A DNA stretch of 64,000 nucleotides. Origin: Candidatus Eiseniibacteriota bacterium (GTDB taxonomy: Bacteria; Eisenbacteria; RBG-16-71-46; JABDJR01). Numbering within the stretch: the stretch's first letter is position 1; each line of letters begins with the position of its first letter. Positions 1-12,777 of the stretch are shown here, one piece after another. Location of the stretch: assembly GCA_963783375.1 (NCBI GenBank), contig CAWANH010000003.1, positions 160,001 through 224,000 on the forward strand, written 5' to 3'. The translations under genes and the position numbers were made by a program. The notes below the pieces were generated by a model. That model ran no database searches. It saw only the letters and a list, made by a program, of their open reading frames with translations, and had not been told where the DNA came from.

Positions 1-1542
1 ACCGTGGTCGGGGGCCAGTGGCTCACCTGGATCGGGGTGCTGGCGATCTTCTTCGGCACCGCGTTCTTCCTGGCCTACGACCTCGGCGAGAGCCCCTTCG
101 CCGGGGTGGGGCAGATCCTGACCGGGCTCGTGGTGGGAGCGCTCTTCATCGCCGTGGGGAGCGCCCTGGTCCGCCGCCGCACCCAGCGTTTCCTCGGACA
201 GGGGCTTCTGGGCGGCGGGGTCGCGCTTCTCTACCTCGCCGCCTACGCGTCCTACGGGTTCCATCGCATGGTGCCCACCGGGGTGGTCTATCCGTTCCTC
301 TTCGGGGTGGCGCTGGTCGGCGCGGCGGTGGCCATCATCCAGAACTCGCTCATGGTCGCCACCCTGACCCTGACCGGGGCGTTTCTCACCCCGTCGCTGC
401 TCCCGGCGGCCGGCGACTCCACCCGCGCGCTCCTTCCCTACCTGGTGGCGGTGAACCTGGGGGCGGTCCTCATCGCCGCGCGCCGCCGGTGGCCGATCCT
501 CCCTCTCGGCGCCTGGCTGGGCACGGCGATCCTGGTGGGAACCTGGTGGTCGGGGCCCGAGGCCCCGGGGCACCGCGGGGCGGCCCTCCTCTGGGTCGGG
601 CTCATGTGGGCCCTGTACGCGATGGTCCCGGTGATGAGCCCGCCCCGGCGCGGGTTCTGGAGCACGGCCCGGGCGGTGGTGACCGTGGCCAACGGCCTCG
701 CCTTCTCGGTGTTTCTCTACCGGCTGATGGCTCCCGGGTACGAGGCGTTCCGGGGGCTGGCCTTCGCGATCCTCGCCCTGGCCTACGTGGGCGCGGCGCG
801 CGCGGTCGCGCTCCGGCGGGGCGGCCTCCCCGGAGTGAGGATGACCCACTACACCGGAATCGCCCTGGCCGTCCTCGCGGTTCCCATCCAGTTCGACCTC
901 GCCTGGATCACCCTGGCCTGGGCGCTCATGGGCCTGGTGCTGGTGGCCGGGGGGTTCCAGACCCGGAGCCTCAGCCACCGGCTGATCGGTCTCGGGGTCT
1001 ACGCCCTGGCCGTCTTCCGGGTGCTGATTCTCGACACCGCCGAGTCCTTCCAGGCCCCGGCCCGCTTCCATCTGTTCCTGAACCCCGAGTTCCTGACCGG
1101 AGTGGCCGCGGTGGGGGTCCTGGCCCTCACCGCCTGGCTCTATTCCCGCCACGGCGACCGCCTGGAGCCCCGCGAGCGGGGACTCGTCACCTTCCTGGTC
1201 ATCGCCGCCGCCGCGCTCCTGCTCTGGCGGATCTCGACGGAATCGATGGTCTTCTTCAAGTCCCGGGAGGCGCTGGAGCACGTCCGGCTCGAGGTGCCGA
1301 TGCTTCTCACCCTCTCCCTCATCTGGGCGGTGTACGCCGGGCTCCTCATCGTCGCCGGCTTCCTCACCCGCTACCGGCCGATCCGCCTCCTCGGCGTGGT
1401 CGTCCTGGGCATCCTGATCGTCAAGGTCTTCGCCTTCGACATGCGGGCGCTGGAGCGCGGCTACCGCATCGCGTCCTTCGTGGCGGTGGGGCTCCTACTC
1501 CTGGCCATCTCCGTCCTGTACCAGCGGGAGCGGCGAACGTGA
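1..1542 (+). CDS. DUF2339-like polytopic membrane protein, 5'-truncated by the window edge
   Basis: Many hydrophobic segments. The N-terminal GGQWLTWIGVLAIFFG and C-terminal KVFAFDM...YRIASFVAVGLLLLAISVLYQR are typical of DUF2339. Confidence 0.8.
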   Translation, partial: TVVGGQWLTWIGVLAIFFGTAFFLAYDLGESPFAGVGQILTGLVVGALFIAVGSALVRRRTQRFLGQGLLGGGVALLYLAAYASYGFHRMVPTGVVYPFLFGVALVGAAVAIIQNSLMVATLTLTGAFLTPSLLPAAGDSTRALLPYLVAVNLGAVLIAARRRWPILPLGAWLGTAILVGTWWSGPEAPGHRGAALLWVGLMWALYAMVPVMSPPRRGFWSTARAVVTVANGLAFSVFLYRLMAPGYEAFRGLAFAILALAYVGAARAVALRRGGLPGVRMTHYTGIALAVLAVPIQFDLAWITLAWALMGLVLVAGGFQTRSLSHRLIGLGVYALAVFRVLILDTAESFQAPARFHLFLNPEFLTGVAAVGVLALTAWLYSRHGDRLEPRERGLVTFLVIAAAALLLWRISTESMVFFKSREALEHVRLEVPMLLTLSLIWAVYAGLLIVAGFLTRYRPIRLLGVVVLGILIVKVFAFDMRALERGYRIASFVAVGLLLLAISVLYQRERRT

Positions 1543-1589
1543 CGCCGCGGCTGGCGCGGGGAGGTGGGGGGCGCGGTGGGAGACCGGGT

Positions 1590-2843
1590 ATGCGTAGGCG
1601 CCGCGTTCCGGCGATCGCCGCGCTGCTGCTCCTGGTAGGCGCCGCCGCCGGCGCCGAGGTCTCGAAGGACCTGACCACCCTCCCCTACCGGCGGGCCGTC
1701 CTCCCCCCCAACCACGTCCCGGCCGGGGCCTGGCTCGCGGTGGTGGAGGACTCGCTCCTCGCCGCGCGGTCCTCGCCGGACTTCCACGACGTCCGGCTCA
1801 TGAACGCCGCCGGTCAATCGGTCCCCTTCGCCGTTCTCCCTCCCCGGCGCGAAGACCCGATCGACCTCCCGGTGCTGGCCCGGCTCCTCCCCAGGCAGCA
1901 CACGAGCGACACCGTCTTCCAGGTGGACATGGGGCCCGACTACCCCGAGACCCTCCTGGTCGAATTTCCCCGCCGTTCCGGCCAGGAAAGCGTGGCGATC
2001 CGGACCGGCCCCGACCGGGAGGGCACGGTGCGGCTCGAGCCCCTCCCCGAGGCCCTCGACCGCTCCCACCCGGTTCCGCCGGAGCCCGGCCTGGACGTCC
2101 GGGCCGGAATCGCCGCCGGGCGGTGGCTCCAGGTGGATTTCTTCTCGACCGGGAACTTCCTCCCCGGGGACAGCCTGCGGGTCTACCGCCGCGTGGAACG
2201 GGCCGCTCCCCGCCTGACCGTTCCCTTCCGCATCGCCTCCCGAGGCTTCGAGGGGCGCACCTGGCGTGCGGTCATCGAGCTCGAGAATCCGGCCGGCGCC
2301 GCGACCGCGGTCGTGATTCACCGGCGGAACGCCCTATCCCGGCCCCCGATGCGGGTCGAGGCCCGCCTGCCCGGCGGCGCGTGGCGCTTCGTCCCCCGGC
2401 TGGGTCAGGGGTCCCCGGGAAGGGAGGCGAACGCCGCGGACACGTTCGAGAGCCTGGAATTCCGGCCCCTCCGCACCGACGCGCTGCGCCTCACCGTGAG
2501 CGCGGCCGACCCGCCCAACCCACCGCTCACCGTGGAGGGGGTGCAAACCGTCCCCATGCGCTGGGCCTTCCCCGCGTCCGCGGCGACGGAGTCCCTCTGG
2601 GTCGCCTACGGCGACCCTTACCTGGGGGCGCAGGCCTGGTTCCTGGAGGACGCCGCGAACCGGGTACCCGGCTACACCGCCGCCGGCCTCGGTCCGGAGA
2701 CGGCGAACCCCCTCCTCCAACCGCCGGGGTTCGGGCTGGACTGGCTTCGCCGGCACCCGCCGGTTCTGGGGGTGGCCATGGTGATCGTCCTCGCCCTGGT
2801 GGCGCTCATCGTCTTCCGCGGCCGGACCGGGCCCGCGACGTAG
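1590..2843 (+). CDS. Exported protein with C-terminal membrane anchor (possibly DUF3999-like partner of DUF2339)
   Basis: Signal peptide MRRRRVPAIAALLLLVGAAAGA, motifs DVRLMNAAGQSVPF and YGDP, and a C-terminal TM helix. An alternative GTG start at 1539 overlaps the upstream stop. Confidence 0.6.
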   Translation: MRRRRVPAIAALLLLVGAAAGAEVSKDLTTLPYRRAVLPPNHVPAGAWLAVVEDSLLAARSSPDFHDVRLMNAAGQSVPFAVLPPRREDPIDLPVLARLLPRQHTSDTVFQVDMGPDYPETLLVEFPRRSGQESVAIRTGPDREGTVRLEPLPEALDRSHPVPPEPGLDVRAGIAAGRWLQVDFFSTGNFLPGDSLRVYRRVERAAPRLTVPFRIASRGFEGRTWRAVIELENPAGAATAVVIHRRNALSRPPMRVEARLPGGAWRFVPRLGQGSPGREANAADTFESLEFRPLRTDALRLTVSAADPPNPPLTVEGVQTVPMRWAFPASAATESLWVAYGDPYLGAQAWFLEDAANRVPGYTAAGLGPETANPLLQPPGFGLDWLRRHPPVLGVAMVIVLALVALIVFRGRTGPAT

Positions 2844-2864
2844 CGCGGGACCTCCCAAGAGCGA

Positions 2865-2889
2865 GGGCCGCCCCCGGAAGGGGCGGCCC
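2865..2889. terminator. GC-rich hairpin between convergent genes
   Basis: gggccgcccc / ggggcggccc inverted repeat with no clear U-tract. Confidence 0.45.
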
Positions 2890-2921
2890 CGTGAGACGTC
2901 CGGCGCGACCGGGTCCGCCGA

Positions 2922-4335
2922 TCAGGCCTTCGGCTTGATGTTCTGGTTCCGGCGGAACAGGTTCTGGGGATCGTACTTCGCCTTGATCTTCTGCAGGCGG
3001 TCGAAGTTTTCCCGATAGGTCCCGGCCACCCGGTCTTCGCCTTCCTCCATCAGGAAGTTCACGTAGGCCCCGCCCGCCGAGTGCGGATGCAGGTCCTCCC
3101 AGTAGTCCCGGACCCACTTGATCCGTTCCGGGTTGTGGGCCGGGTCCGGATCCGCGCACAACATCACGGTGGAGAAATTCACCTCCCGATAGCTGAAAGC
3201 GGTATCGGCCTTTCCCACCCGGCCCGGCGCCCCGTTGGTCGGATAGATGTGCATCAGGGAGTGGATATTCGGGACCGTGGGCCCGTGCTTCAGGTGCACG
3301 TCGACGGTGGCGTCGTCGATCTCGGTCTGGAACTCCCCTTTCCAGTAGTGCTGCATGCCGGGGGGCACCAGCCCGTCGAACGCGGCGTTGAGCTGGGGCA
3401 GGGTAGCCCAGTGGAGGACGTCGAGCGCGGGTTTGATCCGGGTCTGGAGCGGCTTCAGCGCCTTTTCGGCCTTCTCCTCGGGACCCGCGTAGCAGGCGAT
3501 GATGGCGGCCATGGGGACTCCATGGAGCTCGGTCGGAACGAACGGCGCCGGCGGACCCTGATGGAAGCCGAAGAAAGCTCCCACCTCCTCGGGGGCGTCG
3601 GCGATGAACTCCCGGTAGAAACGAAGCACGTCCCCCGCCTTGTCGATGGGGTAGAAGACCGGACCGCAGTAGATCTTGTGCACCGGGTGGGCGCGGAACT
3701 CGAACGCGGTGACCACGCCGAAGTTTCCACCGCCTCCCCGCAGCGCCCAGAAGAGATCGGGATTCTCCTTTTCGCTGGCGGTGACGAAGCCGGCCGTCGG
3801 CGGTCACCACGTCGGCCGAGATCAGGTTGTCGATGGTGAGACCGTACTTCCGGGTGAGGTGGCCGGTGCCTCCTCCCAGGGTGAGCCCGCCCACCCCGGT
3901 GGTCGAGATGATCCCGGCGGGAACCGCCAATCCGAACGCAGCGGTGGCATGGTCCACGTCGCCCCAGGTCGCCCCGCCGCCCACCCGGACGGTGCGAGCC
4001 GCAGGATCCACCCGGACGTTCTTCATCGGGGAGAGGTCGAGAACCAGACCCCCGTCGCAGGTGCCCAGACCGGCGACGTTGTGGCCTCCGCCCCGGACGG
4101 CGAGCAGAAGACCCTGCTCGCGGGCGAAGTTCACTCCGGCCATGACGTCGGCGACGTCCACGCACCGGGCCACCAGGGCGGGGTGACTATCGATCATCGC
4201 GTTGTAGACGCTGCGGGCGGTGTCGTAGTCCGGGTGGTCGGGGGTGACGAGAGCGCCGCGGAGACTCTGGGCCAGCGCCTCCGCCGCCGCCTTGTCGAGC
4301 GGCGTCTTGGAGTTCGGGGAACGGGGGTCAGACAT
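2922..4335 (-). CDS. FAD-linked oxidoreductase (FAD_binding_4 + BBE domain), frameshift near 3790
   Basis: The N-half has RGGGHN (covalent FAD His) and [11 protein letters not shown]. The C-half, in another frame, has [21 protein letters not shown] and [16 protein letters not shown]. Confidence 0.88.
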
Positions 4336-4439
4336 CCTAGTATCTCCTCGGGGAATGGGATGCAGAGGATACGGTGTTCGATGGTCGCCTTGGGGTAGGT
4401 CCGCCGGGCCCGTGGGGTCGGACCGCCATGGACGGAACC

Positions 4440-5429
4440 TCAATCCTCGGAATCTACCAGTTCCGGGGAACCGGTCAAGGGCTCTTCCACCTGCACGACC
4501 GGGCGGGGGCGACGGTGGACCCGGAGCTCGAACACGTCGGGGCGGGCGTAGTGCCCGGCCACGTCGAGCTGGTAGCGGGGACCGGTCATCTGGACCGGGT
4601 CGACCTCGGCGATCAGCATCTCCTCGCGGCCGGAGACCGGTTCCACCAGGAATTTCCCGTCCGGGTTCACGATCGCGCTGTCCCCCTTGTTGATCCACTC
4701 CGCGCCCTGGGGCAGGAAGTCCTGCTTGAAGGGGTAGCGGTCGGGGACGTCGTCCCGGTGGACGGCGCTGCAGCAGCCCACCACGAAGACCCGTCCCTCC
4801 TTGGCGATGTGGCGAAGGGTGGAGATCCACGGCTCGCCCGAGTCCCAGGTCGGGGCCAGGTGAATCTGCGTTCCCCAGGCGTAGAGGGCGTAACGGGCCA
4901 GCGGCATGTAGTTCTCCCAGCACACGAGCCCGCTCACCCGGGCAAAGCCGAGATCGTGGACGGCCAGGGTGCTCCCGTCCCCCTGCGCGTGGATCATCCG
5001 CTCTCCGACGGTGGGGACCAGCTTCCGGTGGCGTCCCCGGATCTCTCCCTGCTCGTCGATCAGGAGGATGGTGTTGTAGAGCGAGGCCCCGCTGGCCTCG
5101 GTGTTCCGTTCGTTCACCCCGATCGCCACGTTGACCCGGGCCTTGCGGGCCGCCGCGCACAGCCGGTCCGTGGTCTCGTCGGGGATCGATACCGCGTTCG
5201 CCACCAGCTCCGCGTAGAGGGCCCGAAGGACGGGCGAGCGGCCGGCGGGGACGTACCAGATCCAAAAGGGATAGCTTGGAATAAACGCCTCGGGGAAGAG
5301 GGCCAGCCGCACCCCCTTCTTGCCGGCGTCCCCGATGAGATCGCAAGCCTTGTCGGTGGTGGCCTTCCGATCGAGAAAGACCGGGGTGGCCTGGACGGCG
5401 GCAACGAGAAACGGCTGGGCGTCGGGCAT
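4440..5429 (-). CDS. Nitrilase (carbon-nitrogen hydrolase)
   Basis: E-K-C triad in FPEAFIPSYP, HRKLVPT and LVCWENY, plus DVAGHYARPDVF. GGAGG RBS before the ATG at 5429. Confidence 0.92.
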   Translation of the reverse strand: MPDAQPFLVAAVQATPVFLDRKATTDKACDLIGDAGKKGVRLALFPEAFIPSYPFWIWYVPAGRSPVLRALYAELVANAVSIPDETTDRLCAAARKARVNVAIGVNERNTEASGASLYNTILLIDEQGEIRGRHRKLVPTVGERMIHAQGDGSTLAVHDLGFARVSGLVCWENYMPLARYALYAWGTQIHLAPTWDSGEPWISTLRHIAKEGRVFVVGCCSAVHRDDVPDRYPFKQDFLPQGAEWINKGDSAIVNPDGKFLVEPVSGREEMLIAEVDPVQMTGPRYQLDVAGHYARPDVFELRVHRRPRPVVQVEEPLTGSPELVDSED

Positions 5430-5534
5430 GGGGACCTCCTCCCGGTCGTACCGGCGGGGCAATGTGAGCGCGGACGCCGCGGCGACCGGCGCGGGGCGAG
5501 CGCGCAGTATATCAGGGCAGCGTCCGGCTCCCCA

Positions 5535-7124
5535 CTACTTGGCCCGGTAGACCGACTCCCAGGGCTTTCCCGCCTTCTCCCGCATCACCCCATGATCGGG
5601 GTTGGCGGCGGCGTGATCCAGGAGCTTGAGCAGGGTCTCGATCCGGTCCTCGGCGTCCAGGAGCCGGGCCAGGTCCTCGAGCCGCCAGCCCTTCCCCTTC
5701 TCCTCGCGGAGCACGGCCAGGGCGCGGCCCTGAAGCTTCAGCACCCCGGCCGCGGCCTTCTTCCCGGCTTCCACCCCCGGCTGGTGGTAGGCGTTGATGT
5801 TGATGAGCGAGGCGTAGAGCCCCACCGCGCGCTCGTAGAGAGCGATCAGCATGCCGATCGAGCGCGGTGAGACCTCGGGAAGGGTGAGGACCATGGACCG
5901 GCGACCCTCCTCGTAGAGCGCGCTCCGCGTCCCCAGGAGGAATCCCAGCAGGAAATCCCCGGCGGTGGCGCCTTCCTCCAGGGCCGGCGAACGCCCGGCC
6001 CGGTCCCGGAGCACATCGACGAAGGTCACGAAGAAGTCGCTCCGGCCGTCGCGGAGCTGCTGGACGTAGGCGTGCTGGTCGGTGGAGCCCTTGTTGCCGA
6101 AAACGGTGATTCCCTGGTGGACGACGTTTCCGTCCAGGTCCTTCTCCTTCCCCAGCGACTCCATCACCAGTTGTTGCAGGTAGCGGCTGAAGAGGAGGAG
6201 GCGGTCCTTGTAGGGTAGGACCACCATCTGCTTCTCGCCCTTCCCGTTCCCCGCCTGGTACCAGGCCGCGGCGAGGAGCGCGGCGGGGTTGCCGCGAAGC
6301 TGGTGGAGCCGGGTGCGTTCGTCCATCTCCCGCGCGCCCTCGAGCATCGCGGCGACGTCGATCCCCTGGAGGGCGGCCGGCACCAGGCCCACCGCGGAAA
6401 GCTCGGAGGTCCGCCCCCCGACCCAGTCCCACATCGGGAAGACATCGAGAAACCGGTCGGCTTCGGCCAGCTTCGCGAGCACGCTCCCCTCCCCGGTCAC
6501 CGCCACCGCGTGGGGGCCGAGTTCCAGGCCGAGCCGCCGGTAGGCGGCCTCGATCTCCAGCATCCCGTTCCGGGTCTCCTTGGTCCCCCCCGACTTCGAG
6601 ATCACGATGGTCAGGGTCTCGGCCAGGTCGTCCCCGATCTCCCCCAGCACCCGGTCCACCCCGTCGGGATCGGTGTTGTCGATGAAGTGCGGGGCCAGCC
6701 GGTCCCCCGTGCCCCCCAGCGCGTCGGCCACGAATTCCGGACCCAGGGCCGAGCCCCCGATCCCCACCGAGATGAACCGTGTGAACCGCGGGGCGCTGGG
6801 AGGCTTCACCGCCCCGGTGTGGACCTTCTCCGCGAAGGCGCGGGCCCGCGCCACCGTCTCCTGGATCTCCCGGGTCAATTCGGGCTGCGGCGCCATCTCG
6901 GGGGCGCGAAGCCAGTAGTGCCCCACCATGCGCCTCTCGTCCGGGTTGGCGATCGCCCCCGCCTCCAGCGCGTCCATGGCCGCGAACGCCTTCGCCATCC
7001 CGGGTTCGATCCCGTGGAGGAAGGCATCGTCCAGGTCCATCCGGCTCACGTCGAGCGAGACCCCCAGCGTCTCGTCGTGCCAGAGCAGTTCCTTGTAGCG
7101 GTCCCAAAGCCGGGCGGTTTCCAT
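5535..7124 (-). CDS. pgi: Glucose-6-phosphate isomerase
   Basis: [36 protein letters not shown] and [10 protein letters not shown] motifs. Confidence 0.95.
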   Translation of the reverse strand: METARLWDRYKELLWHDETLGVSLDVSRMDLDDAFLHGIEPGMAKAFAAMDALEAGAIANPDERRMVGHYWLRAPEMAPQPELTREIQETVARARAFAEKVHTGAVKPPSAPRFTRFISVGIGGSALGPEFVADALGGTGDRLAPHFIDNTDPDGVDRVLGEIGDDLAETLTIVISKSGGTKETRNGMLEIEAAYRRLGLELGPHAVAVTGEGSVLAKLAEADRFLDVFPMWDWVGGRTSELSAVGLVPAALQGIDVAAMLEGAREMDERTRLHQLRGNPAALLAAAWYQAGNGKGEKQMVVLPYKDRLLLFSRYLQQLVMESLGKEKDLDGNVVHQGITVFGNKGSTDQHAYVQQLRDGRSDFFVTFVDVLRDRAGRSPALEEGATAGDFLLGFLLGTRSALYEEGRRSMVLTLPEVSPRSIGMLIALYERAVGLYASLININAYHQPGVEAGKKAAAGVLKLQGRALAVLREEKGKGWRLEDLARLLDAEDRIETLLKLLDHAAANPDHGVMREKAGKPWESVYRAK

Positions 7125-7292
7125 GATCGTCTCCTCGGGATGGCGGGCCAATCGCATCGGTGAATCCAACCGCTTCCATGGTCCCCCCGGGGCCGCGCTC
7201 CGCGCAAGGCCCCCCGGCTCCTGGCCCGACCGGCTTGAGCCCACCGCCCCTTCCGGCTATCCTCCCCGGGTCTCCGACACCGTGCAGCAACC

Positions 7293-8123
7293 ATGAATAT
7301 CGCCATCCAACGCCCGGACGCGAACCACCGCGTGCCCCTCACCCGCATGACCGCGCTCGCCGCCTTCTGCGCGGCGGCGGCGCTCCTCATTCCCCTCCGG
7401 GCGTACGTTCCCGGCGCAGTTCTGTGGGGGATCGCCCTGATCCTGGTCCTTCGCGACGCCGAGCCGGCCTTCCGGCGCCGGATGGGGGTGCTCCTGGGGG
7501 CGGTGGCGGTGCTGGCCGCGGCCCCGATCAACACCGACACCTCGACCCGCCACTTCATCACCCTGGGGATTCCCTTCGCCGCGGTGCTGATCGTCCCCTA
7601 CCTGATTCTCCGGAGGACCGACCCCGGGGTCGTCCGCTACCGGTTCCTCCCCCGGCGCTTCCGCCGGCTGGACGTCTTCTACGTCCTCATCTCCATTCCC
7701 CTGGCCTGGCTCGTATTCGAGCTCTACTTCAAGGTCCTGAACCCATGGGTGCCCACCCACTGGCATCTCCCCCCGGAGCCCGACCTGACCGCGAGCTGGC
7801 GGCTCTTCATCGGCATCAACTGCGTGGGGATCTGGGACGAGCTGTTCTTCGTGAACACGGTGTTCGCGGTGCTCCGGAGCGTGTTCCCGTTCCGGGTGGC
7901 CAATGCGGCCCAGGGGGTGATCTACGCCTCGGTTCTCACCCGCATGGCCTTCACCGGGATCGGCCCGGTGGTGGTCTTTCTCTTCGCCCTCACCCAGGGG
8001 TCCATGTTCGAGGAATCCGAGAGCCTGGTCTATGTGCTCCTCGTCCACGTCATCGTGGACGTGTTTCTGCTCTCGGCGATCTTCAACCATTACTACGCCG
8101 GGTTCACGCCGATCCCGTTCTGA
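7293..8123 (+). CDS. CPBP/Abi-family intramembrane metalloprotease-like protein
   Basis: Multi-TM protein with a WDELFF motif and a C-terminal VHVIVD histidine motif. Confidence 0.7.
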   Translation: MNIAIQRPDANHRVPLTRMTALAAFCAAAALLIPLRAYVPGAVLWGIALILVLRDAEPAFRRRMGVLLGAVAVLAAAPINTDTSTRHFITLGIPFAAVLIVPYLILRRTDPGVVRYRFLPRRFRRLDVFYVLISIPLAWLVFELYFKVLNPWVPTHWHLPPEPDLTASWRLFIGINCVGIWDELFFVNTVFAVLRSVFPFRVANAAQGVIYASVLTRMAFTGIGPVVVFLFALTQGSMFEESESLVYVLLVHVIVDVFLLSAIFNHYYAGFTPIPF

Positions 8124-8234
8124 GACCGGCGGGGCGCGGCCCCCGGGGCCCTCCACCCGGGGCCGTTTGACCGCACCCCGGTCCCGGCCGGAGGATGGAA
8201 GCCGGTGGCGGAACGGCTTTTCGCCATTTTTAGC

Positions 8235-8262
8235 TTGATCCGGGCGGAGGGTCTGCTAGACT
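8235..8262 (+). promoter_or_regulatory. Putative sigma70 promoter of fusA
   Basis: TTGATC-16 nt-TAGACT with an extended -10 TG. Confidence 0.5.
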
Positions 8263-8400
8263 CTCGCGTCTCTTTTTGCCAGCCGATTTTCTGCCGGCGG
8301 GGTCCCTCGGCACGCCCCCGGCCGGATCCTTGAGCCACCCCCGGGGCCGGAATACGCCCCCCGACCGGGCCGGCTTACGTCCACTTCGAGGTACCGACCG

Positions 8401-10488
<2,088 letters not shown>

Positions 10489-10550
10489 ATCACCCGGGAC
10501 CGTTCATGAAGGGCGCTCATGAAGGCCCGGGTCAAGGAGACGAACAGGCC

Positions 10551-11258
10551 ATGTACACCAAGGATGTGAACGCCCGGAGCCCTCTGCGTGTGTTCGAGAA
10601 ATCGACCCACGGGGGCCTCGGCAAGGGGAACCTCGGGGTCGTGATGTCCCGGGCCGGGGTCGGGAAGACCGCGTTTCTGATCGGGGTCGCCCTCGACGAC
10701 CTGATGCGGGGGCGAAACGTGCTCCACATCTCCAACGGGGACTCGGTGGACCACGCGCGCGAGTTCTACGAGGAGATCTTCAACGAGCTTCGCCAGAGCG
10801 CCCACATCCAGGACGCGTCCCTGACCAGCTACCTGGTGGAGCGCCACCGCATCATCCACACCTATCGCGGGGTGGACATGGACGTGACGCGGATCCAGCG
10901 CGACACCGCCTTCTACCGGGACCACGCGGGGTTCGCCCCCGAGGTGGTGGTGGTGGACGGCTTCGACTTCAACCAGGCGGCGGAGACCGACCTGGCCGCG
11001 CTCAAGGACTTCGCGGCGAGCCTGAACGTGGAACTCTGGCTCTCGGCCCTGACCCACCGCGAGGAGCCGGTGACCGATCCCCGCGGCGTGCCGAACCCGG
11101 TGGCGCGGTTCGATCCGTGGATCGCGGTGATGGTGGTCCTGGAGCCCCTGGGCGCGGCCACCCAGATCCGCCTCCTCAAGGATCACGACAACCCGGACGT
11201 CGGGCAGCTCCACATGAAGCTCGATCCCCGAACCCTGCTCCTGGCCGAGTCCGCCTAG
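10551..11258 (+). CDS. RecA/KaiC/DnaB-like P-loop ATPase of unknown function
   Basis: Walker A SRAGVGKT and Walker B VVVVDG, single domain. The start could be 10506. Confidence 0.75.
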   Translation: MYTKDVNARSPLRVFEKSTHGGLGKGNLGVVMSRAGVGKTAFLIGVALDDLMRGRNVLHISNGDSVDHAREFYEEIFNELRQSAHIQDASLTSYLVERHRIIHTYRGVDMDVTRIQRDTAFYRDHAGFAPEVVVVDGFDFNQAAETDLAALKDFAASLNVELWLSALTHREEPVTDPRGVPNPVARFDPWIAVMVVLEPLGAATQIRLLKDHDNPDVGQLHMKLDPRTLLLAESA

Positions 11259-11284
11259 GATTCCCGCCGGTATCCGTTCGCCCG

Positions 11285-11314
11285 AGGCGGCTCCTTCCGG
11301 GGGCCGCCTTCTTC
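11285..11314 (+). terminator. Intrinsic terminator of the fusA-ATPase unit
   Basis: aggcggctcc / ggggccgcct stem followed by tctt. Confidence 0.55.
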
Positions 11315-11345
11315 GTGCCCGGGGGACGGAGGGAGGCGCCGGCGA

Positions 11346-12722
11346 TCAGCCGATGAGAACCAGCCGGAGGGAGCGAACCCGGTTCGCGTACCGGACCCGC
11401 AGGAAGTACACCCCGGGGGCGGCGGGTCGCCCCGACTCCAGGCGGCCGTCCCATTGCCAGCTCCCCGCGGGGACGGCGTCCCAGCCTCGGATGCGGCGGC
11501 CGGAGAGGTCGTAGATGTCGAGGGCGATCGTCCCGGACCCCCCGGACCGGAGCCGGATCGCCTCCCCCACCCGGGCCGGGTTGGGGCCGACGGCCGGAAG
11601 CGGCTCCGGGAAGCGCAGATCCCGGGGGCCGAAGCGCGCGCGGGAACCGTCCCGCCCCACCGCCTCGATCACGTAGCCGTACACCACCCCGGCCCGCCCG
11701 GTGCGGTCGGTGAAGGTGTAGTCGGGCCCGGGGCCGAGCAGCGCGGCGTTCAGCCGGACCTCGGTCGCGCCGCGGAGGCGGAGCACGTTGAAGCCGGCGT
11801 GATCGACCTCGAACCCGGTCCGCCAATCCAGGCGCACCCCACCTTTCCATTGCGCCGCCGTGAAGGAGGCGAGCCGGACGGCTACGTTCGGGAAGTAGGC
11901 GCGATCCACCAGGGTGGGGTCGATCACGAACGGGTTGAACTTGCCGTCCTGGTAGGGGGCGATCCCGCAGGCGCGGTCATATTCGTGCCGGTCGGGGGGA
12001 TCGGCCAGGTTCCAGGCCCGTAGATCGTCCTTCATCACCCCGAAGAAACCGGGATCGGTGGCGTCGGCCTCGGCGCGGTAGACGGTGTAGAAGTAGAACG
12101 CGGCCCGGGCGATGTCCCCCTTGACCGATTCCCGGGGCTCCCAGCGTCCCCCGTAGGGAAGGGAGGCGTTCACGTCCAGCTCGCTGTAGGCGTCGATCCT
12201 CTGGGGATCGGGGGTGGAGGTGACCTGCTTCATCCAGTACCAGGCGTCGGTGTCCTGGTCGGGAATCTCCGCGAAGGGGTAGTTCCCCCGGGCGGAGTTG
12301 GCGCCGATCTCGCTCGGGAAGAGGTGGTTCATGTCCGCTTCGGCGGGGACGGACCCCGCCCCCTTGCTCTGGGGCCAGGAATGCTCGGCGTTGATCCCGG
12401 CGGCGAACGCGTCGGCCCTCGGGGTGGGCGATTCGGGATCCACGTAGACCGTGTACCCGGTGTAGATCCCGGCCAGATGCCCGTCGTCGTTGTCGATGGT
12501 GGAATAGAGAACGTCCCGGGCGCCGGCGTAGCTGAGCCCCACCGGCGGGCGGTAGCGGGCCCGAAGGCTGTCCTGGAGGGCCGGCCCGGTCACCCCGGAC
12601 AGGATCACCGTGCCGGGAGCCGGGCAGTCATCGGTCTGGGCGCCGGCGGGGCCGGCGGGCAAGACGCCGAGGCCGAGAAGGAGGGCGGCGAGGGTCAAGG
12701 CGTGAATGAAGCGGCTGGGCAT
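11346..12722 (-). CDS. Secreted endonuclease I-family nuclease with C-terminal FlgD-Ig/T9SS-like domain
   Basis: Signal peptide, NAEHSWPQS, DMNHLFP, NSARGN and KGDIARAAFYF. C-terminal PNP...IYDLSGRRIR...WDGR...GVYFLR. Confidence 0.88.
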   Translation of the reverse strand: MPSRFIHALTLAALLLGLGVLPAGPAGAQTDDCPAPGTVILSGVTGPALQDSLRARYRPPVGLSYAGARDVLYSTIDNDDGHLAGIYTGYTVYVDPESPTPRADAFAAGINAEHSWPQSKGAGSVPAEADMNHLFPSEIGANSARGNYPFAEIPDQDTDAWYWMKQVTSTPDPQRIDAYSELDVNASLPYGGRWEPRESVKGDIARAAFYFYTVYRAEADATDPGFFGVMKDDLRAWNLADPPDRHEYDRACGIAPYQDGKFNPFVIDPTLVDRAYFPNVAVRLASFTAAQWKGGVRLDWRTGFEVDHAGFNVLRLRGATEVRLNAALLGPGPDYTFTDRTGRAGVVYGYVIEAVGRDGSRARFGPRDLRFPEPLPAVGPNPARVGEAIRLRSGGSGTIALDIYDLSGRRIRGWDAVPAGSWQWDGRLESGRPAAPGVYFLRVRYANRVRSLRLVLIG

Positions 12723-12777
12723 GTCGGGTCTCCGTGGATTGAGCCGAATACCTTAGCACGCGGGGAAGCGTCGCGAC

